Shown: piece after piece, positions 32,476 through 41,203 of the stretch
How the letters are laid out: every line of letters begins with the position of its first letter
Numbering within the stretch: the first letter of the stretch is position 1
Origin: Candidatus Margulisiibacteriota bacterium
GTDB lineage: Bacteria > Margulisbacteria > WOR-1 > JAKLHX01 > JBAZKV01
DNA length: 64,000 nucleotides
Reading direction: 5' to 3'
Assembly: GCA_041650635.1 (NCBI GenBank)
Contig: JBAZKV010000002.1
Coordinates: 47,844 to 111,843, forward strand
Position numbers and translations under genes: made by a program
The notes under the pieces: generated by a model
What the model was told of the DNA's origin: nothing
Seen by the model: the letters and a program-made list of their open reading frames with translations, nothing else
Databases searched by the model: none

Positions 32476-32954
32476 CGGACGCGCAGGCCCTGGTCTCAAA
32501 ACTTAAGACGGATGCAAAGGCCGGGGGTTATTTTATCAACCCGGATGAGGAATTGACCGGCATCCTGGCCAATGGGCTCCTGACGAATGAAAAAAGGTAC
32601 GGCTATATGGCCTGCCCCTGCCGCCTTGCAAGCGGCAGCAAAGAAAAAGACCTTGACCTCATCTGTCCGTGCGATTACAGGGACATCGACCTGACCGAGT
32701 TCGGCTGCTGCTATTGCGCCCTTTATGTTTCTAAAGAGATCTACGAAGGCAAAAAGAAAGCCTCTTCAATACCGGACAGGAGGAAAAAAGCAATGAAAGA
32801 ACAGAAAAAACAGGACATTAAACCGCTTTCGGGAGAACTCAAATATCCCGTGCTGCGCTGCAAGGTATGCGGCTATCTGTGCGCAAGAGAAAGCGCCCCG
32901 GAGATCTGTCCGGTCTGCAAGGCAGGAAAAGAAAGGTTTGAGAGATTTTTATAA
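32472..32954 (+). CDS. ferredoxin:thioredoxin reductase catalytic-subunit-like domain fused to rubredoxin-like zinc ribbon
   Basis: CPCR...ICPC...CCYC cysteine pattern as in the FTR catalytic chain, plus C-terminal CKVCGYLC...CPVCKAG (rubredoxin-type CxxC pairs). Confidence 0.5.
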   Translation: MTDAQALVSKLKTDAKAGGYFINPDEELTGILANGLLTNEKRYGYMACPCRLASGSKEKDLDLICPCDYRDIDLTEFGCCYCALYVSKEIYEGKKKASSIPDRRKKAMKEQKKQDIKPLSGELKYPVLRCKVCGYLCARESAPEICPVCKAGKERFERFL

Positions 32955-32959
32955 AATCA

Positions 32960-33319
32960 ATGACCACCTTCAAAGAATCGGACCTTATTGAAAAATTCAT
33001 CCGCTCAAGCGGCCCCGGCGGGCAGAATGTGAACAAAGTATCTACCGCAGTCTATCTAAAGCACATTCCCACAGGTATTGAGGTCAAATGCGGAAGAGAA
33101 AGGTCGCAGGCGCTTAACCGCGCTCTTGCCAGAAAGCTTTTGCAACAGAAAATAGAGAATATGCTCCTGGGCAAACGATCGGCGCAGCAGCAGAAGTTTG
33201 AAAAGATAAGAAGACAAAAGAGAAGAAGGTCGCGGCGCTCCAAAGAGAAGATGCTGAAAGATAAAAAGATCGTTTCTATCAAGAAAAAATCCCGAAAGAT
33301 ATTGTTTAGCGAAGAATGA
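32960..33319 (+). CDS. arfB: peptidyl-tRNA hydrolase ArfB (alternative ribosome-rescue factor)
   Basis: 119 aa with GGQ motif (SSGPGGQNVNKVSTAV) and a basic K/R-rich C-terminal tail. Confidence 0.7.
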   Translation: MTTFKESDLIEKFIRSSGPGGQNVNKVSTAVYLKHIPTGIEVKCGRERSQALNRALARKLLQQKIENMLLGKRSAQQQKFEKIRRQKRRRSRRSKEKMLKDKKIVSIKKKSRKILFSEE

Positions 33320-33901
33320 TCAGGCGCGTTTCTTTTTCTTTGCCACCGAAAAACCGAATTTTCCTACCTGCCTTCCAAGCGCGTAATATCTTCCGTGGCA
33401 ATAGGCGATCACTCCTGCTTTATCCATCCTGAAAGCCCCGGCCCGGTCTAGGAATCTTTTGTCCGCGTGGACAGCAAGCACTTTTGAGATGAACATGTCG
33501 TGGGTCCCAAGACTTTTTATATCAACTACTTTGCATTCTATGTTAAGAGGGCTTTCCTTTATCAGAGGGGCTTTTACCTGCGATGCTTCTGATGCTGTCA
33601 GCCGCAGGCTTTTGAACTTGTCCAGGTCCCTGCCGGATTTCACCCCGCAAAAGTCCGCCGCAAAGGCAAGCTTTTCGGTTGCAAGGTTTAGGACGAATTC
33701 TTTTCTATTTTTAAGTATCTCATAGGAATGCCTTATAGGGCGCACAGAAATGGAAAGCATCGCCGGCTCAGAACAGATGGTTGCGGTCCATGAGATCGTG
33801 ATGATGTTATACCCGTCTTTTTCTGTACCGCAGGAAACCATTGCCACCGGCAGAGGGTAAAGCATGGTCCCGGGCTTCCATATCTCTTTTTCTGTGTTCA
33901 T
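33320..33901 (-). CDS. flavin reductase-like FMN-binding protein
   Basis: 193 aa; the N-terminal LYPLPVAMVSCGTEKDGYNIITISW matches the flavin reductase-like split-barrel domain. Confidence 0.6.
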   Translation of the reverse strand: MNTEKEIWKPGTMLYPLPVAMVSCGTEKDGYNIITISWTATICSEPAMLSISVRPIRHSYEILKNRKEFVLNLATEKLAFAADFCGVKSGRDLDKFKSLRLTASEASQVKAPLIKESPLNIECKVVDIKSLGTHDMFISKVLAVHADKRFLDRAGAFRMDKAGVIAYCHGRYYALGRQVGKFGFSVAKKKKRA

Positions 33902-33912
33902 TTGTTAATATC

Positions 33913-33996
33913 TGCCGGAGAGAGGATTTGAACCTCCAAGCCCTTTCGGGCACATGATCCTAAGTCATGCGCGTATGCCAATTCCGCCACTCCGGC
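33913..33996 (-). tRNA. tRNA-Leu (anticodon TAG)
   Basis: Reverse complement GCCGGAGTGGCGGAATTGG...CATGACTTAGGATCATG... with a long variable arm and anticodon TAG. Confidence 0.8.
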
Positions 33997-34136
33997 CAGT
34001 CTGCCAGCTTGCCCGCCGAAGCCCCTCGATTTACTCGGGGCGTAGGCGGGTTCCACCACCGCGGCGTAGTTTGATTATAACCCATGGAAATTGAATTTTT
34101 CCACAAAAATTGACGATATATCAGAAGGATCATTAA

Positions 34137-35087
34137 ATGGTATCGCCAGCAAAATATGTGCCCGGAAGAGAAATTGCATTCTACGACTTTGGCAGGACCT
34201 GCGCCTCAGGCAACAGGATCATACCCCGGGAGATCGCGCTTTCGTCCCGAAAGTTTATGAGCGGTTTGCTTCAGCCAGGCACAGAGTGGCCCCGGCTCCA
34301 GGAAGGCATACTCGCAGGAAGCGAGACAGCCCTAAAAGGTTTTCTTACGGCGCTGACGCTGTCGTTCTCCGATGTCAGAGGCCCGGTCTATCCCAAAAAG
34401 CCGCTGCTTGGCGAAACGGACGCCTGCCGCCTTGCCGCAAAAATAATGGACAAAGCCGTATTGCACACGCCAAGCTATTATGACCATGAAGAAGAGGAGT
34501 TTAATCCGGAATTCCTGCTCGGTATTTCCGGGCTCAGGGGTTCTGCACTTTTACCGATTTTTAGATGTGCTCACGAGGTCGCACACAACGCTTTAAAGCT
34601 GTCCTTTAATATGGATGCGGGAAACCGCATTCTGGCGGCCCTGCACGAATATGACGCGGATGTCAAAGCTCATGCTCTTATCGAATCAATGGGGTGCGGA
34701 GCTTTAGCCCATGAGGATATAGCGCAGCATTACACTTACAGCTATCACTATTCAAACGCGGAAAACCCCGGGATGGACAGGATCCCCAATAGATATGACG
34801 AAGGAAGAGGCGCTGTATTCCCGCTTATGAGGTCAAAAAAAGTCTCTTGGGCGGATGCCGCCGTGCTTCTGAGCGGGATAGAAAAGGCCATGGCAGAAAA
34901 CCGGAGGCTGCCTTCGATGTCCGGGATCTCCTTTTTCCATTTGTCGCTCTGCAACGGAAGAATCGAGTTTGACACTGATAGGATAGCAGAGTGGGTAAAG
35001 GGAGGACTTTTTGTAACAAGATTCCACCTCGTCCAGGACCCTATAGAGGAAGACTGGGACCCTTATAATTTTATAAGTGTTTATTGA
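34137..35087 (+). CDS. hypothetical protein with HExxH motif (possible zinc metallopeptidase)
   Basis: 316 aa containing CAHEVAHNAL (HExxH) and no other recognisable domain. Confidence 0.4.
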   Translation: MVSPAKYVPGREIAFYDFGRTCASGNRIIPREIALSSRKFMSGLLQPGTEWPRLQEGILAGSETALKGFLTALTLSFSDVRGPVYPKKPLLGETDACRLAAKIMDKAVLHTPSYYDHEEEEFNPEFLLGISGLRGSALLPIFRCAHEVAHNALKLSFNMDAGNRILAALHEYDADVKAHALIESMGCGALAHEDIAQHYTYSYHYSNAENPGMDRIPNRYDEGRGAVFPLMRSKKVSWADAAVLLSGIEKAMAENRRLPSMSGISFFHLSLCNGRIEFDTDRIAEWVKGGLFVTRFHLVQDPIEEDWDPYNFISVY

Positions 35088-35133
35088 TCATCCCGGCCCG
35101 GCCCCGTATATCCGGCGCCGGAGCTCAAGGGCC

Positions 35134-35331
35134 TTATTTTTTTGCAAAGAATCTCCACAGAGGCCGCGCTGCCGCTGCTGCCGTAAGCAATACCAGCATC
35201 AGATAGCTGATATCCAGCAGCTGCACAAAAAGCTTGACGATCACAATAGTAAAAAAGAAAACAGCCAGTTTGGTAAGGGCTATGTCCCAGATATCCATAT
35301 TCTGCGTCATTTTGCTGAGCCTATCCATCAT
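35134..35331 (-). CDS. small hydrophobic protein (uncertain)
   Basis: Internal Met start gives a ~65-aa peptide with one TM helix. The longer ORF upstream overlaps the repeat/junction region. Confidence 0.2.
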   Translation of the reverse strand: MMDRLSKMTQNMDIWDIALTKLAVFFFTIVIVKLFVQLLDISYLMLVLLTAAAAARPLWRFFAKK

Positions 35332-35475
35332 ATACTTCCCCTCCCCTCCTGAATTTTTGACATGGACCCGTGTTGAGAGTATATAACACAAGGCTTTGGA
35401 CTGCAATGCTGAGGGACCCTGAGCGATCCTGAGCAACGAAAGTAGTGAGGAGTCGAAGGGGAGTCGAAATGTGCG

Positions 35476-35531
35476 CCTCAACAATAATTCTAAAACTATC
35501 GGTCTGATCTCTCTGATTATACCTAATGCCA
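35476..35531. repeat. inverted repeat A (left copy), 56 bp perfect, ~95 bp imperfect (35476-35563)
   Basis: Reverse complement is identical to 39761-39816. The imperfect extension shares the terminal gaaatattgggcg. Confidence 0.9.
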
Positions 35532-35682
35532 TACATGGCTGCAAGAAGCGAAATATTGGGCGGCTTGGTCGCAAGAAATAATGTTCGGGCTTTGCTCCTC
35601 CCACACCCTCCGCAAAGCCCTATTGCTTTTGATGATGGCGGGGAGAAATCAGACCTTAATAAATACCTAAAATCGATATCAG

Positions 35683-36888
35683 TTATCTGAAGATTTTTCT
35701 TATAACATCCTTAATTTCTTTGAAAGACATATCATATTTCAGGCTTAAAGATAGTCCCTTATTAATCACATGCACAAATGACTCCTTTGAATATATAAAT
35801 TCACCGGCTCTTAAAGATTCCTCTATGGTTTCTGCTTTTGCCAAAAGACATATCAATTGGTAATCCTTATCAACATATTGGTAATTTCCATTCTTGTGCG
35901 CTTTATTTGAATGTTGGCTTGGCGTTAGCTTTATTAAATTCTCTGTATAATGGGCCAATTCCGGAAATTTATTTTTTGGAAATATGTGATGGACCTGAGT
36001 CGCCTGGCCATTTCCCCAAGTATCATGTATTTCGCTATCCAAATATTTCGCTTTAATAATATTAACTGCTTTTTGTGTTAGATAATGATCATAACCTGTG
36101 TTTTGAGATACTAAGATATCTTCCGACTCCTGTCTTGATATCTTCTTTGATTCCTGTCTTGAAATTCCCTTTGCTTTCTTTACATCCCGCCAGTTGATCC
36201 GGTTATACATTAAATCGCTATAATGAAAAGGATGTTTTGACGCTTTACCTGCTTCACTTCCAGGCAAACCATTTTCAACTGCATAAATATTGAATATTTT
36301 AGGGAATATTCTTTTTGGTTCAAAGTCTTTCTTAATGGAGGTGTTTCCTTTGATAAATCTTTCAAACCTGTTTTTAATTCTTATATATTCGGCCGCATAA
36401 TCATCACCAACATCACAAATTGTTTTATAATTTTCAAAATACGCCATTAGCCCGCTGTCTCTTAACACCTTTTCTATATAATCGCACAAAAACACATATG
36501 CGTTTCTATCTTTAAATGCTATATATTGTAGAATCTCTGGACTAACAATTTTAAAGTAATTCTTTTGCCCCCTCCTCTTGCAAGAAAGAACACCTGCATA
36601 GGACAACGCTTTCAATGGCTGTTGAATAAATTTGTCGTACTCATGTTTTGCAGCTGGGTTTTTTACCGATGGCTTGTTAAAGACAGCCTTAACGTTCTCA
36701 TTAAAATATTGTGAGTCCCAAATATCCTGAACAGTAAATTCCTTATTTATATCCGACCCCACAACATTTATCGCGCAATCCGCAATAATCGAGAGGACGT
36801 CAGGAGTGACTTTCTGATCCATAAAACGAGCATCATGTGTCTTTCTTATATCAAGGTCATTAATATTTAGATATGATCTGATGTCCAT
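35683..36888 (-). CDS. putative restriction endonuclease (HNH-like C-terminal motif), partner of fused methyltransferase
   Basis: 401 aa, AT-rich and atypical for the window. Immediately downstream of the MTase and co-oriented with it (MTase stop 36890, R start 36888). The C-terminus ...QVHHIFPKNKFPELAHYTENLIKLTPSQHSNKAH is compatible with an HNH (H-N-H) nuclease core. Confidence 0.45.
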   Translation of the reverse strand: MDIRSYLNINDLDIRKTHDARFMDQKVTPDVLSIIADCAINVVGSDINKEFTVQDIWDSQYFNENVKAVFNKPSVKNPAAKHEYDKFIQQPLKALSYAGVLSCKRRGQKNYFKIVSPEILQYIAFKDRNAYVFLCDYIEKVLRDSGLMAYFENYKTICDVGDDYAAEYIRIKNRFERFIKGNTSIKKDFEPKRIFPKIFNIYAVENGLPGSEAGKASKHPFHYSDLMYNRINWRDVKKAKGISRQESKKISRQESEDILVSQNTGYDHYLTQKAVNIIKAKYLDSEIHDTWGNGQATQVHHIFPKNKFPELAHYTENLIKLTPSQHSNKAHKNGNYQYVDKDYQLICLLAKAETIEESLRAGEFIYSKESFVHVINKGLSLSLKYDMSFKEIKDVIRKIFR

Positions 36889-36889
36889 A

Positions 36890-39403
36890 TCACACTTCTT
36901 TCATTATTCCAAAAAAGTGGACAGAATTACTGTCAATATTTAGCGAGCGTGTCCCATAATTTCTAGCTATCGAATAATATTGTTCAAATTCTTCTGAATT
37001 ATAATATTCCAAATCCTTTAATGTTACAGGACGGCTTCCATTTTTGGGGGTTAGTATAGCAACGGACCCGTCAGATATTGAATTTTTTGGCATAAAACAA
37101 GCCCTAGGGTAATATGTTAAATTCGGGACGAGAATTGCATCTTTTCGGTTTATGTATTCATGCACTTTCAAAAATGAAGCATCATCTATATAAGTATCAT
37201 AGTTATTGATGCTTAATACTTTATTGCTGCCTATATTCCTTGACTTCAATACTCTAATTTTGCCTTTATTTGAAGTAATCTTCTTTGTAATTTGCCTGTC
37301 ACGAAATGCCTTAAAAATCCCCAGATGCATTTTGTTTGACACACTGTCAAAGTATTCATTTCTGTATATCACCCAATACGGATATCTATCTGATGTTATA
37401 TACTGCTGATTTTGATAGTTCACGGATTCATTCACATATGATTCAATCTTGGTTTTTCCATTATCTTTTTTTTGTCTTACCCTATTGATAATCATGCTTA
37501 CGGTTTCGATCTTTACCCCTTTAAATGCCTCTTCACCATAATCAGTAATTTTGGCTATTGATTTAGAGGCTATTATATTCCGTGTAACATCATACTCAGG
37601 TGAATTTATAAGGCTTTTTGGAACAATTAAAGCGACCACATTACCTATATCTAAAGATTTTTCCATGAAAAAAGAAAACAAATTATTCGATTTTCTATTC
37701 TTGGCACTGCTCTTATATTCCGCTAGCAACTCTTTATTGTTTGATATCTTTTTGAACGGAGGATTCCCTATTATGACATCGTATGAATTATCAAAGGAGT
37801 GTTTGAGATAGTCCGCGTGGATAAAGTTTATACGTATATTTGAAGGAACATTTAGCGCCTTAAGTAAATATCTAAGCACATCCAGAGCCTCTTTTTCCAC
37901 ATCAATCACATCAATAACAACTTCAGGGATACTCTTATATTTTTCAATCAATATTGGCAAAAAGTTGCCCGCACCAACGGATGGTTCAAGAATTCTTATC
38001 TTCTGGTACTTTTCAGCAGCAGGCAAGTCATTTATCATCGTAAAACATATGTCTTGTCTTGTATAATAAGCTGCATTTTCCAATCTTTTTGAATTTGACA
38101 ATTCTACAATCTTCGATAAAGCAACAAAGCCCAACCGCTCAGGATTATTCTTCACAAACATTTTTAGCTTATTAATATTATGGAGATCATACTCGCTAAT
38201 TATTTTGCTTATGTTTTTGTCGTTGATTGGCGGAAACAAAGTAGTTTTCTTAATGTTTTTTGCAATTTGATGAAAAATAATTGTTGGAACTGCTTCACCG
38301 ATTGATTGGCGAATGTTCATCTCTTCTTTTCTTAATATTTCCCTTTTCTCATTAATTGATAGTTTATTCAAGAGTTTTTCGTCAGCATCAAGCCACCTAA
38401 AACTGTCAGGAATAGACATCATTATCATTAATTCTCTAATGCTGAAGACCCTATTGTCCTTTGGATGAATTGTATTTTGGCTTGCCAGAATATCATTTCT
38501 TGTATGGACACATGGGGCAGGCTTGTCCCAATAGCACCTGCTATATTTATCTCCATTTTTATTGGCATTACACACAATAACTCCGCCTATTTTTTTGTGT
38601 GGGATATTATTCTTGTTTGTATTATTAAAAGCAGACTCTCCCTCCTTAATATCTTTAATCCAATTCAACATGTTTTGATTATAGGAACGAAACCCGTGAA
38701 AGATATCATTTGGAGATATATCTCCCATTGCTTTTAACTCCGGCAAATGACCTATTGCCTTTCGCAGAGTACTTTCTTTTTGTTGTTTTGGGAATATGTC
38801 ATAGGGAGAAATATCAAAGATATCTTTTCTTGAGCCTATAACAATAGTCCTTGTTCTGCTTGAGGGGCTACCATAATCTTTAAAATTTACGATCTTAAAC
38901 AATATATGATATCTCCCGCCAAGGTTATTCTCAATCGCATCTCTGATTTTTTTTGATTTTCCGTCAAGATCAATGCATTCCGTTGTCAAAAATGATCGAA
39001 CATTCTCAAACACAAAAAATCTTGGGTTTAGTTCTTTGGTTATTTTTATCGACTCGATAACTAGAGAATTCCTGCATTTCTCATTTTTCTTTTTATGATT
39101 AGCTACAGACATGCCTTGACAAGGAGGTGTTGCAAGAATAACATCGAGCTCTTTTAAATCGTATTTATTCTTATATAAATTGTATTCATCATAAACCTTG
39201 GATTTTGTAATATGATTGGTAAGGTCACCACAGATATATCCTGAATCAATATTGCATTTATGATTTCTTCTCTGGATGTTTAAGCGTTTCTCTATTATCT
39301 CTACGGTTGCTATGCAGTTGAATCCCTCAATCTTAAACCCATAACATCCGATGCCAGCCCCGCTGAATAAACTTATATATGTTAATTTCTTATTTTTCAT
39401 CAT
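36890..39403 (-). CDS. fused DNA methyltransferase: N-terminal C5-cytosine MTase domain plus C-terminal N6-adenine (gamma-class, NPPF) MTase domain
   Basis: N-terminal half has motif I LFSGAGIGCYGF, motif IV ATPPCQGMS (catalytic Cys) and motif VI FVFENV. C-terminal half has an AdoMet motif EPSVGAGNFL followed by IGNPPFKKI (motif IV of amino-MTases). Confidence 0.75.
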   Translation of the reverse strand: MMKNKKLTYISLFSGAGIGCYGFKIEGFNCIATVEIIEKRLNIQRRNHKCNIDSGYICGDLTNHITKSKVYDEYNLYKNKYDLKELDVILATPPCQGMSVANHKKKNEKCRNSLVIESIKITKELNPRFFVFENVRSFLTTECIDLDGKSKKIRDAIENNLGGRYHILFKIVNFKDYGSPSSRTRTIVIGSRKDIFDISPYDIFPKQQKESTLRKAIGHLPELKAMGDISPNDIFHGFRSYNQNMLNWIKDIKEGESAFNNTNKNNIPHKKIGGVIVCNANKNGDKYSRCYWDKPAPCVHTRNDILASQNTIHPKDNRVFSIRELMIMMSIPDSFRWLDADEKLLNKLSINEKREILRKEEMNIRQSIGEAVPTIIFHQIAKNIKKTTLFPPINDKNISKIISEYDLHNINKLKMFVKNNPERLGFVALSKIVELSNSKRLENAAYYTRQDICFTMINDLPAAEKYQKIRILEPSVGAGNFLPILIEKYKSIPEVVIDVIDVEKEALDVLRYLLKALNVPSNIRINFIHADYLKHSFDNSYDVIIGNPPFKKISNNKELLAEYKSSAKNRKSNNLFSFFMEKSLDIGNVVALIVPKSLINSPEYDVTRNIIASKSIAKITDYGEEAFKGVKIETVSMIINRVRQKKDNGKTKIESYVNESVNYQNQQYITSDRYPYWVIYRNEYFDSVSNKMHLGIFKAFRDRQITKKITSNKGKIRVLKSRNIGSNKVLSINNYDTYIDDASFLKVHEYINRKDAILVPNLTYYPRACFMPKNSISDGSVAILTPKNGSRPVTLKDLEYYNSEEFEQYYSIARNYGTRSLNIDSNSVHFFGIMKEV

Positions 39404-39411
39404 ATTTCCTA

Positions 39412-39702
39412 TTAAAAAACAAAAAACCTACGCATTTTCTGCGAGGTTTTACTTATTTTCATGTGGAGGTTTCCCCCTCGGAACTCACCACGTATTTGCA
39501 CATATTTATATAATACTTTTTGATAAGTGTCAATGTCTTTATTTGATTGCTCTACTTGAATGCGGCTCTTACCATTATTGATATCATTATGAATTATTGC
39601 AAGCCCATCTGCAAGATACCAAATATTCAATTTCATTAATTTAGAAAAATCTCGATATCGGTATTTATTGCTTGGCGGGCGCACATTAGAGTGGGCGGTC
39701 AT
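39412..39702 (-). CDS. hypothetical small protein upstream of the MTase
   Basis: 96-aa ORF on the same strand as the restriction-modification genes, with no recognisable motif; it may or may not be real. Confidence 0.25.
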   Translation of the reverse strand: MTAHSNVRPPSNKYRYRDFSKLMKLNIWYLADGLAIIHNDINNGKSRIQVEQSNKDIDTYQKVLYKYVQIRGEFRGGNLHMKISKTSQKMRRFFVF

Positions 39703-39760
39703 AAGGAAGCGCCCGCCATATAACGAAACCGCCCAATATTTCTTTAATATGGGCCGTACT

Positions 39761-39816
39761 TGGCATTAGGTATAATCAGAGAGATCAGACCGATAGTTTT
39801 AGAATTATTGTTGAGG
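39761..39816. repeat. inverted repeat A' (right copy)
   Basis: Exact reverse complement of 35476-35531. Confidence 0.9.
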
Positions 39817-39945
39817 CGCAGTTGATTATTGTTGCGAACTAATGTTCCGCAAGGTTTTTCTTCAGCAGTTTTTAACTTCCCTTTTTCATTTTTAAAAGCA
39901 CTATCAAGGCGGCTTGGGGCTGGGTGGCGGCAGCCCCAAGCCGCA
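39815..39945. repeat. inverted repeat B' (left copy); continues imperfectly to ~40064
   Basis: Reverse complement of 43706-43840 (119 nt perfect plus 1-mismatch extension); contains a 12-bp-stem GC hairpin (ggcggcttgggg...ccccaagccgcc). Confidence 0.9.
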
Positions 39946-39959
39946 GAAAGATGCTCTTC

Positions 39960-40064
39960 CTAGCACAATTCTTTTTTCTTATCGCCATTTAAGAAGGCGG
40001 GCTCGTAATTGGCGCTGTCCAACAGTGCTACTTCTATTGCCTCTTTAGAATAAATTAAAAGATG
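39960..40064 (-). pseudogene. inverted, diverged partial copy of the serine-recombinase gene 3' end
   Basis: Minus-strand translation ...HLLIYSKEAIEVALLDSANYEPAFLNGDKKKELC* parallels the recombinase segment ...KALIYSKEAIEVSLLYSANDSPAFENGSKKKELS... Confidence 0.5.
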
Positions 40065-40269
40065 TGCCTTTTTGAGCTGAAATATATTGTCCTCTCCCTG
40101 TTTTCCCAGTTTATCATTTCCCCGCTTTTCGCTGTCAAGTTGGGACCGATCTGATCGGTCCCAACTGCTCCAGTCAGCTTCGACTCGCCTGCGCGGCAAT
40201 GAGACACATAGCTCCGGCTCGCTCATCCTCCTTCCGCCCCTACGGGTGACAGCGGCGGGGAAATGATCC

Positions 40270-40827
40270 TTGATTCTCAAGGAGGTGTCGTATATGTCTA
40301 TTCACCGTTTGGCAGGGGTTGTGGGGTCCCGTTCTCTTCCGGTTCGTTTTGCTCCGCTCGTTGATCAGGTTGTGTCTTTGCTTCTGTCTCGCGGGTTTGA
40401 TGTGGCTTCGGGCGGCGCCGTGGGCGCTGATCAGTTTGCTTTGTCTGCTCTCCTTGGTTGCGGCGCTTCATCTCGCGGCGTTATTCATTCAGCCTGGTCT
40501 TCTATTGCGGGTTTCCCCTCCCAGGTCCGCGCTGATGTGGTTCGGTTCATTGCGGCCGGGGGTCGCGTGGTCTGGGGCTCTGCTTCTGCCGGTTCTCCCC
40601 GCTCTGTTGCCGTTTCTGCTCTTCTTGGCCGCAATAGGCGTTTGGTTTCCGCATCCTCTGTCATTGTTGCCTTTCTTCACGGGTCCTCGCGCGGCTCTCT
40701 TTACACAGTTCGTCAGGCTGTTTCCCGGGGCGTTCCTGTCATCGTCTTTCTTTGCGGCTCAGGTGCTTATATCCCATTTGATCTTTCCGCCTATTGCCAC
40801 ATCTTTAATTATGCTTCAGGAATTTAA
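40270..40827 (+). CDS. DprA/Smf-like Rossmann-fold (SLOG-type) protein, compositionally foreign
   Basis: SGGAVGADQFALSALLG (cf. DprA GGAxGxDxxAHxxAL), VVWGS and TVRQAVSRGVPVIVF regions. The coding strand is almost devoid of A, and the protein has no Lys or Glu after residue 5. Confidence 0.45.
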   Translation: MILKEVSYMSIHRLAGVVGSRSLPVRFAPLVDQVVSLLLSRGFDVASGGAVGADQFALSALLGCGASSRGVIHSAWSSIAGFPSQVRADVVRFIAAGGRVVWGSASAGSPRSVAVSALLGRNRRLVSASSVIVAFLHGSSRGSLYTVRQAVSRGVPVIVFLCGSGAYIPFDLSAYCHIFNYASGI

Positions 40828-40867
40828 CTGTGTTGACTTTTACCTGCAACTTTTGTACAATAAAGCC

Positions 40868-41203
40868 ATGTTTGGCAATAGGATCAGAGAACTTAGGAAT
40901 AAAGAAGATCTTACGCAAAGAGAATTTGCCAAGAAGATTGGGATCGATTTTACATACTTAAGCAAAATCGAGAACGGAAAAATGGATCCTCCTTCAGAAG
41001 CAACAATAATGAAGATGGCTGAGGTCTTGAAGGTGAATTCTGATGAATTATTGACTCTTGCAAAGAAATTTCCTAAAGATTTGAATGATATCTTGCATAA
41101 GAACCCGCGAACGATCGAACTTCTTCGTGCGATTCAGTCAAAAAGGATAACTGACGACGAAATCGATAAATTATTCGATAGGATTAAACACGAAAAACGA
41201 TGA
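40868..41203 (+). CDS. XRE-family helix-turn-helix transcriptional regulator
   Basis: MFGNRIRELRNKEDLTQREFAKKIGIDFTYLSKIENGK is a classic Cro/C1-type HTH. The 5' 550 nt of long ORF 40319..41203 is an alternate-frame artefact over the dprA-like gene. Confidence 0.7.
   Translation: MFGNRIRELRNKEDLTQREFAKKIGIDFTYLSKIENGKMDPPSEATIMKMAEVLKVNSDELLTLAKKFPKDLNDILHKNPRTIELLRAIQSKRITDDEIDKLFDRIKHEKR

Noticed and set aside
40319-40867. N-terminal 180 codons of ORF 40319..41203 (Leu/Cys/Phe-rich)
   Set aside because: It is an alternate-frame artefact of the A-depleted dprA-like gene; only the C-terminal XRE HTH part (from ATG 40868) has protein-like features.
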